This document shows, one piece after another, positions 11,799 to 21,078 of a stretch of 39,267 nucleotides of DNA; the stretch's first letter is position 1, and the number at the start of each line of letters is the position of its first letter. Both the position numbers and the translations under genes were made by a program. This stretch comes from an uncultured Parasporobacterium sp. (lineage in GTDB: Bacteria > Bacillota > Clostridia > Lachnospirales > Lachnospiraceae), in NCBI GenBank assembly GCA_964579345.1, contig CAZOHB010000001.1, forward strand, positions 1-39,267. The letters run 5' to 3'. The notes beneath the pieces were generated by a model that was not told the DNA's origin, searched no databases, and saw nothing but the letters and a program-made list of their open reading frames with translations.

Positions 11799-12833
11799 TC
11801 ATTTCATCCCGCGATAGCCCAGTCTGGACATATTCGAAACAGTGTTTTTTCGGCGATTGCCTACCTGCAGAATTATACCACCTTCCGGCGCAGACGCATA
11901 CTCGAAATGAACCGGATCCAGCTTGAGTTTCTTTTGGCCATATTCGTCGGTACCAACCCGCCCGATGGCTTCGATGGTGACCCATCCAGCGTGAAGGGTT
12001 TTCACCTCTATCAACTTAAAAGACATAAACTGCAGGTCCGCCATGCAGCAGGTCATGACGATGCGGCCGGCAGACCAGGAATTGCTGTCTGCGGCCGCCT
12101 GATCGTTGCTGCTCTTCGGGCGCTTTTCATCAGAAAATCGCAGCTCCAACGGATCGGTAAAGCAAAGCGTTTTCCCCTCGTAGTGCTCCGGATGATCGGC
12201 AGCGTCGAGCCAGAAGATCAGGTATTCATTTTCCGTGATCGTGATGGTTTCCGCATCCAGTGAATATGGAACAAAGAGATCAAAGGCTTTTTCGTGAAAG
12301 CCCATCGGGTCCTGCCTGAGATAGGAGGCTTTGTGATTCATGAGGCGGAAGGCCTGGCTGTACGGCGCGAGCAGTTCTTTCGACGGGCAGCCGCGGAAAG
12401 TGATCTGCTGCGACTCGGCGACCATCTGGCCGAAGCGCTGGCGATGGATGTCAAAGTAACGATCCAGCGTTTCCCAGTCGATCCAGGTCACAGCGGATGT
12501 GACCTTCATCTCATCCGGGAAGCTCTCTCTTGCGGACGGATACTTTGTATTCATCTCCACATAGATCCGGTCCGGCTGATGTTCCCGAATCTGCCCGGCG
12601 CAGAAGCTTCCGATTTCCTGCGCGCCGTCATAATAAGACACGAAAGCGTTCCGCTTCCGGAGCGCTTCCGTATCGTAATTCTCTCGTCCCTGCTCCAGGC
12701 AGAGGATCAGAGTTTTGCCATCCTTGTAAAAGAAATCGTTCAGGACACAGTCGCTGATATAAGATGTTTTACCGGCGCCCTTGAATCCATATACGACTCG
12801 TGTATCAATCATAGAGGCAGACAAGTCTTCCAT
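11799..12833 (-). CDS. P-loop NTPase (G3E/CobW-like N-terminus) fused to a DUF1980/TIGR03943-like C-terminal domain
   Basis: I chose the ATG at 12833 because GAGGAGA lies 5 nt upstream. The Walker A motif is YGFKGAGKTS. The C-terminal region ...HPEHYEGKTL...GRIVMTCCMADLQF...GWVTIEAIG... resembles the CC-containing YcgQ/DUF1980 domain. The gene overlaps the upstream ADH gene by 29 nt. Confidence 0.55.
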   Translation of the reverse strand: MEDLSASMIDTRVVYGFKGAGKTSYISDCVLNDFFYKDGKTLILCLEQGRENYDTEALRKRNAFVSYYDGAQEIGSFCAGQIREHQPDRIYVEMNTKYPSARESFPDEMKVTSAVTWIDWETLDRYFDIHRQRFGQMVAESQQITFRGCPSKELLAPYSQAFRLMNHKASYLRQDPMGFHEKAFDLFVPYSLDAETITITENEYLIFWLDAADHPEHYEGKTLCFTDPLELRFSDEKRPKSSNDQAAADSNSWSAGRIVMTCCMADLQFMSFKLIEVKTLHAGWVTIEAIGRVGTDEYGQKKLKLDPVHFEYASAPEGGIILQVGNRRKNTVSNMSRLGYRGMK

Positions 12834-13755
12834 CGATCTCTCCTCTGCGGAGTTTGTCGATTCCTTCCGCGATCTCATCGAACGAGCAGATATTGATCTT
12901 CGGATCCAGCTCTCCGCTTGCAAGCAGATCGAGGCATCCGGCAAGATCTTCTGTCGTGCTTCCCTGTGATCCCATGAAGGTCAGCTCTTTGAAGATCATG
13001 GAGTAGGTGTAGATCTCGGAGGTGTCGCTTGCCATTCCGACGAGGACAACTTTGCCGTACTGTTTTACGGTGTTAAGGGCATCAGCGGTTGTCTTTCCTG
13101 CGCCTGCGAAATCGATGATGACATCAAGATTCTTGTCAGCGAAATCTGTGATGTTCGGCTTCACTTCTTTTGCGCCGAGGCTGAGCGCGCGCTCCTGAGC
13201 GGAAGGCTTTCTCGTTGCAACATAAACCTCTGCTCCTTTGAGTACAGCTATACGGACAGCAAACTGTCCGAGTCCGCCGACGCCGATAATGCCGACTTTC
13301 ATTCCCAGTCCGACGCCTCCGACTGAGCAGACTGCATGGTAAGAAGTTGCGCCTGCATCTGTTGCCGCGGCTGCCTTTGCCGGTGCAAGACCCTCCGGAA
13401 CCTTAACAAGCTGCTCCACCGGTGCTGTCGTCATTGTGCCATAGCCGCCGTCACGGGTATATCCGGGAGTCGTTCCGTCCTTTGCATAAAGCGGGCAGAC
13501 TGCAACGATATCGCCAATCTCGAATCCTTCGACGCCTTCGCCGATCTCAACGATCTCTCCGCAAACTTCATGGCCCATGATAACCGGGACATTAAAACTT
13601 CCCATCCAGGACTCGATGTCCAGCGCGCTTACGTCCGAATGACAAAGACCACCGGCGAGCGTCTTCAGAACAACATACCCCGGTTTTGCGGTCGGATCCG
13701 GTTTTTCTACAACTCTAAGCGGCTGATGTGTGCCTGTAAATTCCCATCCTCTCAT
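12805..13755 (-). CDS. Zinc-type medium-chain alcohol dehydrogenase
   Basis: I chose the ATG at 13755 because AAAGGAG lies upstream. Supporting motifs are GGLCHSDV, GHEVCGEIVEIGEGV and the Rossmann motif GIIGVGGLGQFAV. Confidence 0.85.
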   Translation of the reverse strand: MRGWEFTGTHQPLRVVEKPDPTAKPGYVVLKTLAGGLCHSDVSALDIESWMGSFNVPVIMGHEVCGEIVEIGEGVEGFEIGDIVAVCPLYAKDGTTPGYTRDGGYGTMTTAPVEQLVKVPEGLAPAKAAAATDAGATSYHAVCSVGGVGLGMKVGIIGVGGLGQFAVRIAVLKGAEVYVATRKPSAQERALSLGAKEVKPNITDFADKNLDVIIDFAGAGKTTADALNTVKQYGKVVLVGMASDTSEIYTYSMIFKELTFMGSQGSTTEDLAGCLDLLASGELDPKINICSFDEIAEGIDKLRRGEIDGRLVCLYD

Positions 13756-13839
13756 AGTGACGTGACTCCTTTCATTTTGTATTTTTTTAAGTACATGTGA
13801 AGAACTATACTGCATTAATGCATTAAAGTAAAGAATTGT

Positions 13840-13876
13840 TAAAAAATAAACAGGCTGACCGTTGGTCCAGCCTGTG
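13840..13876 (-). terminator. Rho-independent terminator downstream of the rhodanese-TtcA-like gene
   Basis: A roughly 10-bp stem at 13852-13875 (CAGGCTGACC / GGTC(C)CAGCCTG, one bulge, 3-nt loop) is followed on the minus strand by TTTATTTTTTAA. Confidence 0.6.
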
Positions 13877-13951
13877 AAGGTTCAAATATTATATTGTATG
13901 TGCCGTGTGATCTCTGACGGGTTCCGATAGAAACCAGTTTGCCTGCGATGC

Positions 13952-15106
13952 TTATTCTGCGTCGTCACCCTTGCTATCGTTGTAGGTTTCCAGGAAGTTA
14001 TGTGTAACGCCATTGTGTTTGTAAGCGATCAGCGTGTCCAGACAGACATTTCTCATACTGTTGAAGATATTGCTTTCCACATATGGATTGGTCTCTTTTA
14101 ATTTCCGGATCAGCTTCTTGGTTTCCATGCGTTTGGAGATCGAGACGCCGTCATCCCGGCAAGAGCTGCAGGTATCCGTGAAGTGGCAGGCGCACTGGAT
14201 GAAGTGAAGACCATGATAATCGCGCCATGCTTTGATATCGTCCTCCCGCACGAAATACATCGGGCGGATCAGTTCCATTCCTTCAAAATTTGTGCTGTGA
14301 AGCTTCGGCATCATCCCCTGCATCTGACCGCCCCAGAGCATTCCCATTAGGGTCGTTTCGATCACATCGTCAAAATGATGTCCCAGCGCGATCTTGTTGC
14401 AGCCAAGTTCTTTCGCCTTGCTGTAAAGATGGCCGCGGCGCATGCGCGCGCAGAGATAGCACGGCGATTTTTCTATATTGTAAACCGCGTCAAAGATAGT
14501 CGATTCAAAGATCCGGATCGGGACGCCCAGCGTTTCCGCGTTGTTTTCGATCAGGCGCCGGTTCAGCTCGTTATAGCCCGGATCCATGACCAGGAACTCC
14601 AGCTCGAACGGAAACTTGCGGTGTTTTTGCAGCTGCTGGAAAAGCTTCGCCATCAGCATCGAGTCCTTGCCGCCGGAGATGCACACGGCAATTTTGTCGC
14701 CGGGCTGGATCAGTTCGTATTTTGTGACTGCTTTTGCAAACGGGCGGAACAGCTGTTCTTTGAATTTTCTGCGGTTCTGCAGAGATTCCTCGATCTCTGC
14801 GGAGCGGTCTTTTTTGATCATCTGCTTTTTCAGCCAGGAGGCATAGCCGCCTTCCAGGCTGTAGGCTTCGTATCCCAGGTCCCGCAGTTCCTCACACGGT
14901 TCCGCGCTCTGGGTTCCGTGCATGCAAAAAAGGATCAGCTTCTTGTCTTCGGGAAGCTGTCTGTTTTTTGCAAGCGCCACCGGGTCTGCTGCGCTTTCCG
15001 CTCCCGGGATGGTTCCGTAGGAAAACGAGATGCTGTCCCGGATATCATATAAGACATAGGTGCTTTCGGGCAGATCTGCAAGCTGCTCGATTGTAATTTC
15101 ATACAT
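13952..15106 (-). CDS. Rhodanese-domain / PP-loop ATPase fusion (TtcA-like tRNA thiolation enzyme)
   Basis: The ORF is 384 aa. The N-terminal ~100 aa are rhodanese-like (LILFCMHGTQS active-site-type loop). They are followed by the PP-loop motif CISGGKDS, the Cys motifs PCYLCARMRRG and IQCACHF, and GHHFDD. Confidence 0.7.
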   Translation of the reverse strand: MYEITIEQLADLPESTYVLYDIRDSISFSYGTIPGAESAADPVALAKNRQLPEDKKLILFCMHGTQSAEPCEELRDLGYEAYSLEGGYASWLKKQMIKKDRSAEIEESLQNRRKFKEQLFRPFAKAVTKYELIQPGDKIAVCISGGKDSMLMAKLFQQLQKHRKFPFELEFLVMDPGYNELNRRLIENNAETLGVPIRIFESTIFDAVYNIEKSPCYLCARMRRGHLYSKAKELGCNKIALGHHFDDVIETTLMGMLWGGQMQGMMPKLHSTNFEGMELIRPMYFVREDDIKAWRDYHGLHFIQCACHFTDTCSSCRDDGVSISKRMETKKLIRKLKETNPYVESNIFNSMRNVCLDTLIAYKHNGVTHNFLETYNDSKGDDAE

Positions 15107-15192
15107 AGATTTTGTTTCCTTATTCAGGTAATACTCCCTGCGCGATTAAGCGCGGAGAACTTCTTTCCGCGGAGTAAATTATTTTCGCTTCA

Positions 15193-18078
15193 CTACTTCA
15201 GATATTCCTTCAGGAACTGGCCGGTGTAGCTATCCTTGTGCGCGGCAACGTCTTCCGGCGTTCCCTTGGCAAAGACCGTTCCGCCGCGGTCGCCGCCGTC
15301 CGGTCCCATATCGATAATGTAGTCCGCGACTTTGATGACCTCAAGGTTGTGCTCAATTACGACAACCGAGTTTCCGCCATCGGAAAGGCGGCGGAGGATA
15401 TCCACAAGTTTATGCACATCCGCAAAGTGAAGTCCGGTCGTCGGCTCGTCCAGGATATACATTGTCTTGCCGGTTGGTCGGCGGCTGAGCTCGGTCGCCA
15501 GTTTGACACGCTGTGCCTCACCGCCGGACAGGGTCGTGGACGACTGGCCCAGGCGGATGTAAGACAGACCGACTTCGTCAAGCGTCTTGATCTTCTGATA
15601 AATACGCGGAACGTTTTTGAAAAATTCCAGCGCTTCTTCTACCGTCATGTTCAGAACATCGTAGATGCTCTTTCCTTTATATTTGACATCCAGTGTCTCG
15701 CGGTTGTAGCGCATGCCGTGGCAGGTGTCGCACTTTACGTAGACATCCGGAAGGAAGTGCATCTCGATCTTCAGGATTCCGTCGCCGGCGCAGGCTTCGC
15801 AGCGGCCGCCTTTGACGTTGAAGCTGAAGCGGCCTTTATTGTAGCCGCGCACTTTCGCGTCGGTCGTCTGCGCAAAAAGATCGCGGATCAGGTCGAAGAC
15901 GCCGGTATAAGTCGCCGGGTTGGAACGCGGTGTCCGGCCGATCGGGCTCTGGTCGATGCAGATGACTTTGTCGAGCTGCTCAAGGCCTTCGATCGATTTA
16001 TGTTTTCCCGCAACGGTGTGTGCGCGGTTCAGCTGTTTCGCCAGACTCTTGTATAAGATTTCATTAACCAGCGAGGACTTGCCGGATCCGGAAACACCGG
16101 TCACGGCGGTCATGACGCCGAGCGGGAATTTGACATTGATATTTTTCAGGTTGTTCTCGCGGGCTCCTTTGACCTCGATCCAGCCGGTCGGTTTTCTGCG
16201 CTCTTCCGGGACCGGGATCTTGATGCGGCCGCTTAAATAATCGCCGGTGATCGACCGCTTACATTTCATGATCTCTTTCGCCGTGCCGACGGCAACGACT
16301 TCTCCACCATGTTCGCCGGCGCCGGGGCCGATATCCACAATGCAGTCTGCCTCGCGCATGGTATCTTCGTCATGCTCGACGACGATCAGGGTGTTGCCGA
16401 GGTCGCGCAGTTTTTTGAGCGTTGCGAGAAGTTTGTTATTGTCTTTCTGGTGCAGACCGATACTCGGCTCGTCCAGGATATAAAGCACGCCGGTCAGACC
16501 GGAGCCGATCTGCGTTGCAAGACGGATGCGCTGTGCTTCGCCGCCGGAAAGGCTGGCCGCGTACCGTGTCAGCGTCAGATAATCCAGGCCCACATCGAGC
16601 AGGAAGCCGAGCCGGGAGTTGACCTCTTTCAGGATCGGTCCGGCAATCTCCGTCTGCATCTTTGTTAATTTGACCTTTTCAAAGAAGGTCTTCGATTCGC
16701 GGATCGTCATGTCCGAGACTTCAAAGATATTTTTGCCGCTGACTGTGACTGCCAGGCTCAGCGGGTTCAGTCTCTTTCCGCCGCACTCGTCGCAGGGGCT
16801 GATCCGCATATAGTTTTCGTATTCCTGTTTGAATGAATCCGAGCTTTCGCGGTAGCGGCGGTTCAGATTCAGGAGCAGTCCTTCAAAGACCATCGGATAG
16901 ACGCCGCTGCCACGCTGTCCGGAATAACGGACATTAACAGAAACGTCGTCTCCGCTCCAGAGGAGCTTTTTGATCTTTTTCGAATATTCTTTGAACGGAG
17001 TGTCGAGGCTGAAGTTATGTTTTTCCGCCAGCGCTTCGAGGACCGCATGGGTAAAGCTGCCCGCCTTTCCGGAGCTTGCCCATCCCGGGGCGATGATCGC
17101 GCCCTGGTTGATGCTTAAGGATTCATCCGGAATGACGAGTTCCTGATCGAACTCCATTTTATAGCCGATGCCGGCGCAGGCAGGGCAGGCGCCGAACGGG
17201 TTGTTGAAGGAAAAGTTTCGCGGTTCGATATCGCCGATGCTGATCCCGCAGTCCGGGCATGCGAAGCTGCTCGAAAAATGGATCTCGTTATTTTCATCGA
17301 CCGGGAGCGCCTTCTCGCCTTTGCCCGGTTTGACCGCGCCTTCCGGCCAGGAGACGACTTCAACCGTCATCAGGCCGTCAGCCTGGTGCAGGATATTTTC
17401 AATCGAATCGGCCAGTCGGGATTCGATGCCCGGTTTTACAACGATTCGGTCAACAACGATATCGATGTTATGTTTAAAGTTTTTTTGCAGTTTGATCTCT
17501 TCATCCAGATCGTAGACGATGCCGTCGACACGCGCGCGGACATAGCCGGAGCGTTTTGCCGACTCAAGGACCTTGACGTGCTCGCCTTTTCTGCCGCGGA
17601 CGACCGGGGCCAAGAGCTGGAGGCGGGTTCCTTCCGGAAGTTCAAGGATCGCATCCGCCATCTGGTCGACGGTCTGTTTTGCAATCTCTCTGCCGCAGTT
17701 CGGGCAGTGCGGAATCCCGACACGCGCATAGAGAAGACGCAGATAGTCATGGATTTCCGTAACCGTTCCTACAGTCGAACGAGGGTTGCGGTTCGTTGCT
17801 TTCTGGTCAATGGAGATGGCTGGTGACAGTCCGTCAATTGACTCCACCTTCGGCTTTTCCATCTGGCCGAGGAACTGCCTTGCGTAGGAGGAAAGCGATT
17901 CCATGTATCGCCGCTGTCCCTCCGCGTAAATCGTATCAAACGCGAGCGACGACTTTCCGGAACCGGAAAGACCTGTGAAAACGACCATCTCGTTGCGCGG
18001 GATTTCCAGGTCAATATTTTTCAGATTGTTCTCGGACGCGCCGTGTATTTTTATGTATTTCTGTTCTTTTGCTGCCAT
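15193..18078 (-). CDS. uvrA: Excinuclease ABC subunit A
   Basis: The 961-aa ORF has two ABC ATPase modules (GLSGSGKSS and GVSGSGKSS) and zinc-finger CxxC pairs. It is colinear with UvrA from N-terminus to C-terminus. Confidence 0.97.
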   Translation of the reverse strand: MAAKEQKYIKIHGASENNLKNIDLEIPRNEMVVFTGLSGSGKSSLAFDTIYAEGQRRYMESLSSYARQFLGQMEKPKVESIDGLSPAISIDQKATNRNPRSTVGTVTEIHDYLRLLYARVGIPHCPNCGREIAKQTVDQMADAILELPEGTRLQLLAPVVRGRKGEHVKVLESAKRSGYVRARVDGIVYDLDEEIKLQKNFKHNIDIVVDRIVVKPGIESRLADSIENILHQADGLMTVEVVSWPEGAVKPGKGEKALPVDENNEIHFSSSFACPDCGISIGDIEPRNFSFNNPFGACPACAGIGYKMEFDQELVIPDESLSINQGAIIAPGWASSGKAGSFTHAVLEALAEKHNFSLDTPFKEYSKKIKKLLWSGDDVSVNVRYSGQRGSGVYPMVFEGLLLNLNRRYRESSDSFKQEYENYMRISPCDECGGKRLNPLSLAVTVSGKNIFEVSDMTIRESKTFFEKVKLTKMQTEIAGPILKEVNSRLGFLLDVGLDYLTLTRYAASLSGGEAQRIRLATQIGSGLTGVLYILDEPSIGLHQKDNNKLLATLKKLRDLGNTLIVVEHDEDTMREADCIVDIGPGAGEHGGEVVAVGTAKEIMKCKRSITGDYLSGRIKIPVPEERRKPTGWIEVKGARENNLKNINVKFPLGVMTAVTGVSGSGKSSLVNEILYKSLAKQLNRAHTVAGKHKSIEGLEQLDKVICIDQSPIGRTPRSNPATYTGVFDLIRDLFAQTTDAKVRGYNKGRFSFNVKGGRCEACAGDGILKIEMHFLPDVYVKCDTCHGMRYNRETLDVKYKGKSIYDVLNMTVEEALEFFKNVPRIYQKIKTLDEVGLSYIRLGQSSTTLSGGEAQRVKLATELSRRPTGKTMYILDEPTTGLHFADVHKLVDILRRLSDGGNSVVVIEHNLEVIKVADYIIDMGPDGGDRGGTVFAKGTPEDVAAHKDSYTGQFLKEYLK

Positions 18079-18121
18079 ATGTTTTTCTTTCTATTTATTT
18101 TTGAGCCTAGGCCCGGTTCTG

Positions 18122-20167
18122 TTACGAGCTGTACTCTTTTCGTTTTTTCAGATTTTTCCGGCGGCGGCTCCGTGTCTTGCCTCCGGTCGCATCATCCAGA
18201 TGCTTTTTCAGTTCCAGCATCTGATCACGCAGGTTGGCTGCAGTTTCGAAGTCGAGATCTGCTGCCGCACGGCGCATCTGCTTCTCGACTTTCTCGATCA
18301 GCTTGCGGATCTCTTCCGCGTTCATGGACTCCGGCTCTTTCTCGAGCTTCATCGAAGTCTTCTCTGCTTCTTTTGTAATACTGATCAGGTCGCGGACCGC
18401 TTTCTTGATCGTAGTCGGCGTAATGCCGTGCTCTTCGTTATACGCCTGCTGGATCGCGCGGCGTCTTGCCGTCTCATCCATCGCGGCTTTCATGGAACCC
18501 GTGATCACGTCCGCATACATGATGACATGCCCCTCTGCATTTCGGCTTGCGCGGCCGATCGTCTGGATCAGCGAGGTTTCGCTTCGCAGGAAGCCTTCTT
18601 TATCCGCATCCAGGATCGCAACCAGGGAGATCTCCGGAATATCCAGACCCTCGCGGAGCAGGTTGATGCCGACAAGGACATCGAAAACGTCGAGACGCAT
18701 CTCGCGGATGATCTCCGTCCGCTCGAGGGCGGCGATGTCGGAATGCAGGTAGCGCACGCGGACGCCCGCATCCTTCAGGAAATCGGTCAGGTCCTCCGCC
18801 ATCCGCTTGGTCAGCGTCGTCACCAGGACTTTGTTTCCCTTATCTGTTTCTTTATAGATCTCGGCGAGAAGATCGTCGATCTGTCCCTCTACCGGCCGGA
18901 CGCTGACCTCCGGATCCAACAGACCGGTCGGTCGGATGATCTGCTCGGTCCGGAACAGTTCGTGCTCTGCTTCATATTTTCCAGGCGTCGCCGAAACGAA
19001 CAGCATCTGGTCGATCTTGCTCTCGAATTCCTCAAACTTCAGCGGGCGGTTGTCCAGCGCGGACGGCAGGCGGAATCCGAAATCCACCAGCGTTTGTTTT
19101 CGCGAACGGTCGCCGTTGTACATTGCGCCGATCTGCGGCACTGTCATATGGGACTCGTCGACGATGATCAGAAAATCATCCTTATAAAAATCGATCAGGC
19201 AGGCCGGTGCGACACCCGGCGCAAGGCCGGTCAGGTGGCGGGAATAGTTCTCGATACCGGAACAGATTCCGGTCTCCCGCATCATCTCGATATCGAAGTT
19301 TGTGCGTTCCTTGATCCGCTGCGCCTCGAGGAGCTTGTCCTCGCTCTTGAACCAGGCGATCCGCTCTTCGAGTTCTTTCGCGATATTGACCAGCGCTTTC
19401 TCCATCCGGTCCGGCGGTACGACATAGTAAGACGCCGGGAGGATCGCCACGTGTTCGAGGCGCGCTTTGATCTCACCGGTCAGGATGTCGATCTGTGTGA
19501 TCCGGTCGATCTCGTCACCGAAAAATTCGATCCGGATCGCGTGGCTGTCGGTCATGACCGGGAAGATCTCGATCACGTCGCCCCTCACGCGGAAGGTACC
19601 GCGCTGGAAGTCCATGTCGTTGCGGTCGTACTGGATCCCGATCAGCTCTTTGATCACATCGTCCCGTTCTTTCTGCATGCCCGGCCGCAGGGATACGCAC
19701 ATCCGCTCGTACTCCTCCGGATCACCGATGCCGTAAATGCAGGAGACGGAGGCGACGATGATGACATCCTTGCGCTCGACCAGAGAGGTCGTCGCGGAGT
19801 GGCGGAGCCGGTCGATCTCGTCGTTGATCGAGGCATCTTTTTCGATATAGGTATCGGTCGAAGGGACATAGGCCTCCGGCTGGTAATAATCGTAGTAGGA
19901 GATAAAGTACTCGACCGCGTTGTTCGGGAAGAATTCCTTGAACTCGCTGCACAGCTGGGCGGCCAGCGTCTTGTTGTGTGCGATGACGAGCGTCGGTTTG
20001 TTCAGCGCCTGGATAATGTTCGCCATCGTAAACGTTTTACCGGAACCCGTCGCTCCCAGCAGCGTCTGGAACTGATTGCCTTCGCGGAAGCCTTTTACCA
20101 AAGCCTCGATTGCCTGGGGCTGATCGCCCATCGGCTTATATTCAGATACTAATTCGAAATGGTCCAT
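18122..20167 (-). CDS. uvrB: Excinuclease ABC subunit B
   Basis: I set the start at ATG 20167 because [24 protein letters not shown]...[10 protein letters not shown] aligns with the UvrB N-terminus. The protein has helicase motifs and a C-terminal UVR domain ([12 protein letters not shown]). Confidence 0.97.
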   Translation of the reverse strand: MDHFELVSEYKPMGDQPQAIEALVKGFREGNQFQTLLGATGSGKTFTMANIIQALNKPTLVIAHNKTLAAQLCSEFKEFFPNNAVEYFISYYDYYQPEAYVPSTDTYIEKDASINDEIDRLRHSATTSLVERKDVIIVASVSCIYGIGDPEEYERMCVSLRPGMQKERDDVIKELIGIQYDRNDMDFQRGTFRVRGDVIEIFPVMTDSHAIRIEFFGDEIDRITQIDILTGEIKARLEHVAILPASYYVVPPDRMEKALVNIAKELEERIAWFKSEDKLLEAQRIKERTNFDIEMMRETGICSGIENYSRHLTGLAPGVAPACLIDFYKDDFLIIVDESHMTVPQIGAMYNGDRSRKQTLVDFGFRLPSALDNRPLKFEEFESKIDQMLFVSATPGKYEAEHELFRTEQIIRPTGLLDPEVSVRPVEGQIDDLLAEIYKETDKGNKVLVTTLTKRMAEDLTDFLKDAGVRVRYLHSDIAALERTEIIREMRLDVFDVLVGINLLREGLDIPEISLVAILDADKEGFLRSETSLIQTIGRASRNAEGHVIMYADVITGSMKAAMDETARRRAIQQAYNEEHGITPTTIKKAVRDLISITKEAEKTSMKLEKEPESMNAEEIRKLIEKVEKQMRRAAADLDFETAANLRDQMLELKKHLDDATGGKTRSRRRKNLKKRKEYSS

Positions 20168-20227
20168 AGTTGTAAATGTGTATTGACTGTTTGAAATAGT
20201 TGGGCGCGCGCACCCGTAGTTTCTACT

Positions 20228-20255
20228 ATTATATATATTCGCTGAAATCTGTCCA
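20228..20255 (-). promoter_or_regulatory. Candidate sigma-A promoter for uvrBA
   Basis: On the minus strand, the -35 TGGACA (20255-20250) and the -10 TATAAT (20233-20228) are separated by a 16-nt spacer. The promoter is about 60 nt upstream of the uvrB ATG. Confidence 0.5.
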
Positions 20256-20269
20256 CCGAAAATCAACAG

Positions 20270-20283
20270 CAAACATCTGTTCG
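20270..20283 (-). promoter_or_regulatory. LexA/DinR SOS (Cheo) box
   Basis: The minus-strand sequence CGAACAGATGTTTG matches the Firmicutes consensus CGAACRNRYGTTYC at 13 of 14 positions. It ends 14 nt upstream of the candidate uvrB -35 element. Confidence 0.6.
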
Positions 20284-20342
20284 CATTTTATCACGGCCGT
20301 GTAGGACTTGCAAGCCCTGCGGCGGATTCTTCAGTGCTGTGG

Positions 20343-20392
20343 AAAAAGATAAAAATAGCACTGACTTTTCTGATGAAAATGACCGTGCTATT
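20343..20392 (-). terminator. Probable terminator after the CsoR-family gene
   Basis: An 8-bp stem pairs AATAGCAC (20354-20361) with GTGCTATT (20385-20392). An inner helix pairs TTTTC with GAAAA. On the minus strand the structure is followed by TTTATCTTTTT. Confidence 0.45.
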
Positions 20393-20429
20393 TGAAGATG
20401 CAATATTTACACTGAATTTTGGTCCGGGT

Positions 20430-20849
20430 TTACAGAACTTTCCTGATTGCCTTCTGGAATTCTTCGACTGCTCTGCTGTCGCCCTCTTCGATGGCGTGCG
20501 TAATACAGTGGGTCATGTGCTCGTTGATGATCTCCTTGGAAAGATTTTTCAGCGCGCCGTTTACCGCTGCAAGCTGGATCAACACATCCGCGCAGTCCTC
20601 ATCATTTTCGATCATGACCTTCACATGCTGCAGATGTCCGATCGCGCGGGCGATCCGGTTCAGCTGTTTTTTCTTCTCTTCCGGGGAATGGTGATGGCCA
20701 TGCTCTTTGCTGTGGCCCTCATGTATTTCATGGGTGTGGGTGATCACGTTCCCGTTCTCATCGATATGCGTGTGTGTTACGCCGTGCTTTTCTTCTTTAT
20801 GGGTATGCACTGCGCGGTGTTGCCCTTCCGCATTTGTCTTCCGGCTCAT
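20430..20849 (-). CDS. CsoR/RcnR-family (DUF156) metal-sensing repressor with a His-rich N-terminal extension
   Basis: I chose the ATG at 20849 because GGAAAGGCGGAG lies upstream. The core LNRIARAIGHLQHVKVMIENDEDCADVLIQLAAV...EHMTHCI contains the x-C-H-C ligand pattern. The N-terminus is HRAVHTHKEEKHGVTHTHIDENGNVITHTHEIHEGHSKEHGHHH. Confidence 0.8.
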   Translation of the reverse strand: MSRKTNAEGQHRAVHTHKEEKHGVTHTHIDENGNVITHTHEIHEGHSKEHGHHHSPEEKKKQLNRIARAIGHLQHVKVMIENDEDCADVLIQLAAVNGALKNLSKEIINEHMTHCITHAIEEGDSRAVEEFQKAIRKVL

Positions 20850-20865
20850 ACTGCTCCGCCTTTCC

Positions 20866-20881
20866 AATCACTTCAGTGATT
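20866..20881. promoter_or_regulatory. Perfect 16-bp palindrome AATCACTTCAGTGATT between the csoR-like promoter and RBS; candidate operator
   Basis: I read the palindrome directly. It lies between the -10 element (20889-20894) and the RBS of the repressor gene. Confidence 0.4.
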
Positions 20882-20888
20882 AACCCGC

Positions 20889-20918
20889 ATTGTATCACAA
20901 TTCACAGAATATCGTAAA
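20889..20918 (-). promoter_or_regulatory. Candidate promoter with an extended -10 for the CsoR-family gene
   Basis: On the minus strand, TTTACG (20918-20913) is followed by an 18-nt spacer and then TGaTACAAT, which contains the -10 TACAAT at 20894-20889. Confidence 0.45.
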
Positions 20919-20999
20919 GGGGAGAGCGGTACCTTGACTGGACGGAATGTTCGTTTGTGACTGTGCCGGGCGTGGATGATGGAGGCACAAACGAACGAA

Positions 21000-21076
21000 C
21001 TGCCCGAGTGCGCGTTGGTAGCGCCAACAAGGGCAGCGTCTGTCCGGATATCGCTGGCGGCGGGGGAAATCCCACC
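21000..21076 (-). repeat. Conserved structured 3'-flanking element, copy A, immediately after the LRR-protein stop codon
   Basis: Two blocks are shared with copy B: GTGCGCGTTGGTAGCGCCA (21008-21026, identical in both copies) and GCTGGCGGCGGGGGAAATCCCACC (21053-21076, near-identical). The blocks are separated by exactly 26 nt in both copies. The first block is enclosed by the stem CTGCCC (21000-21005) / GGGCAG (21031-21036). Confidence 0.6.
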
Positions 21077-21078
21077 TT

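Noticed and set aside
17975-20152. A 725-aa plus-strand ORF, the longest plus-strand ORF in the GC-rich half of the window
   Set aside because: It lies entirely antisense to uvrB, which has an unambiguous match to a conserved protein. Its translation is low-complexity (rich in R, L, D and H) with no recognisable motif and no RBS. It is a typical shadow ORF of a GC-rich gene.
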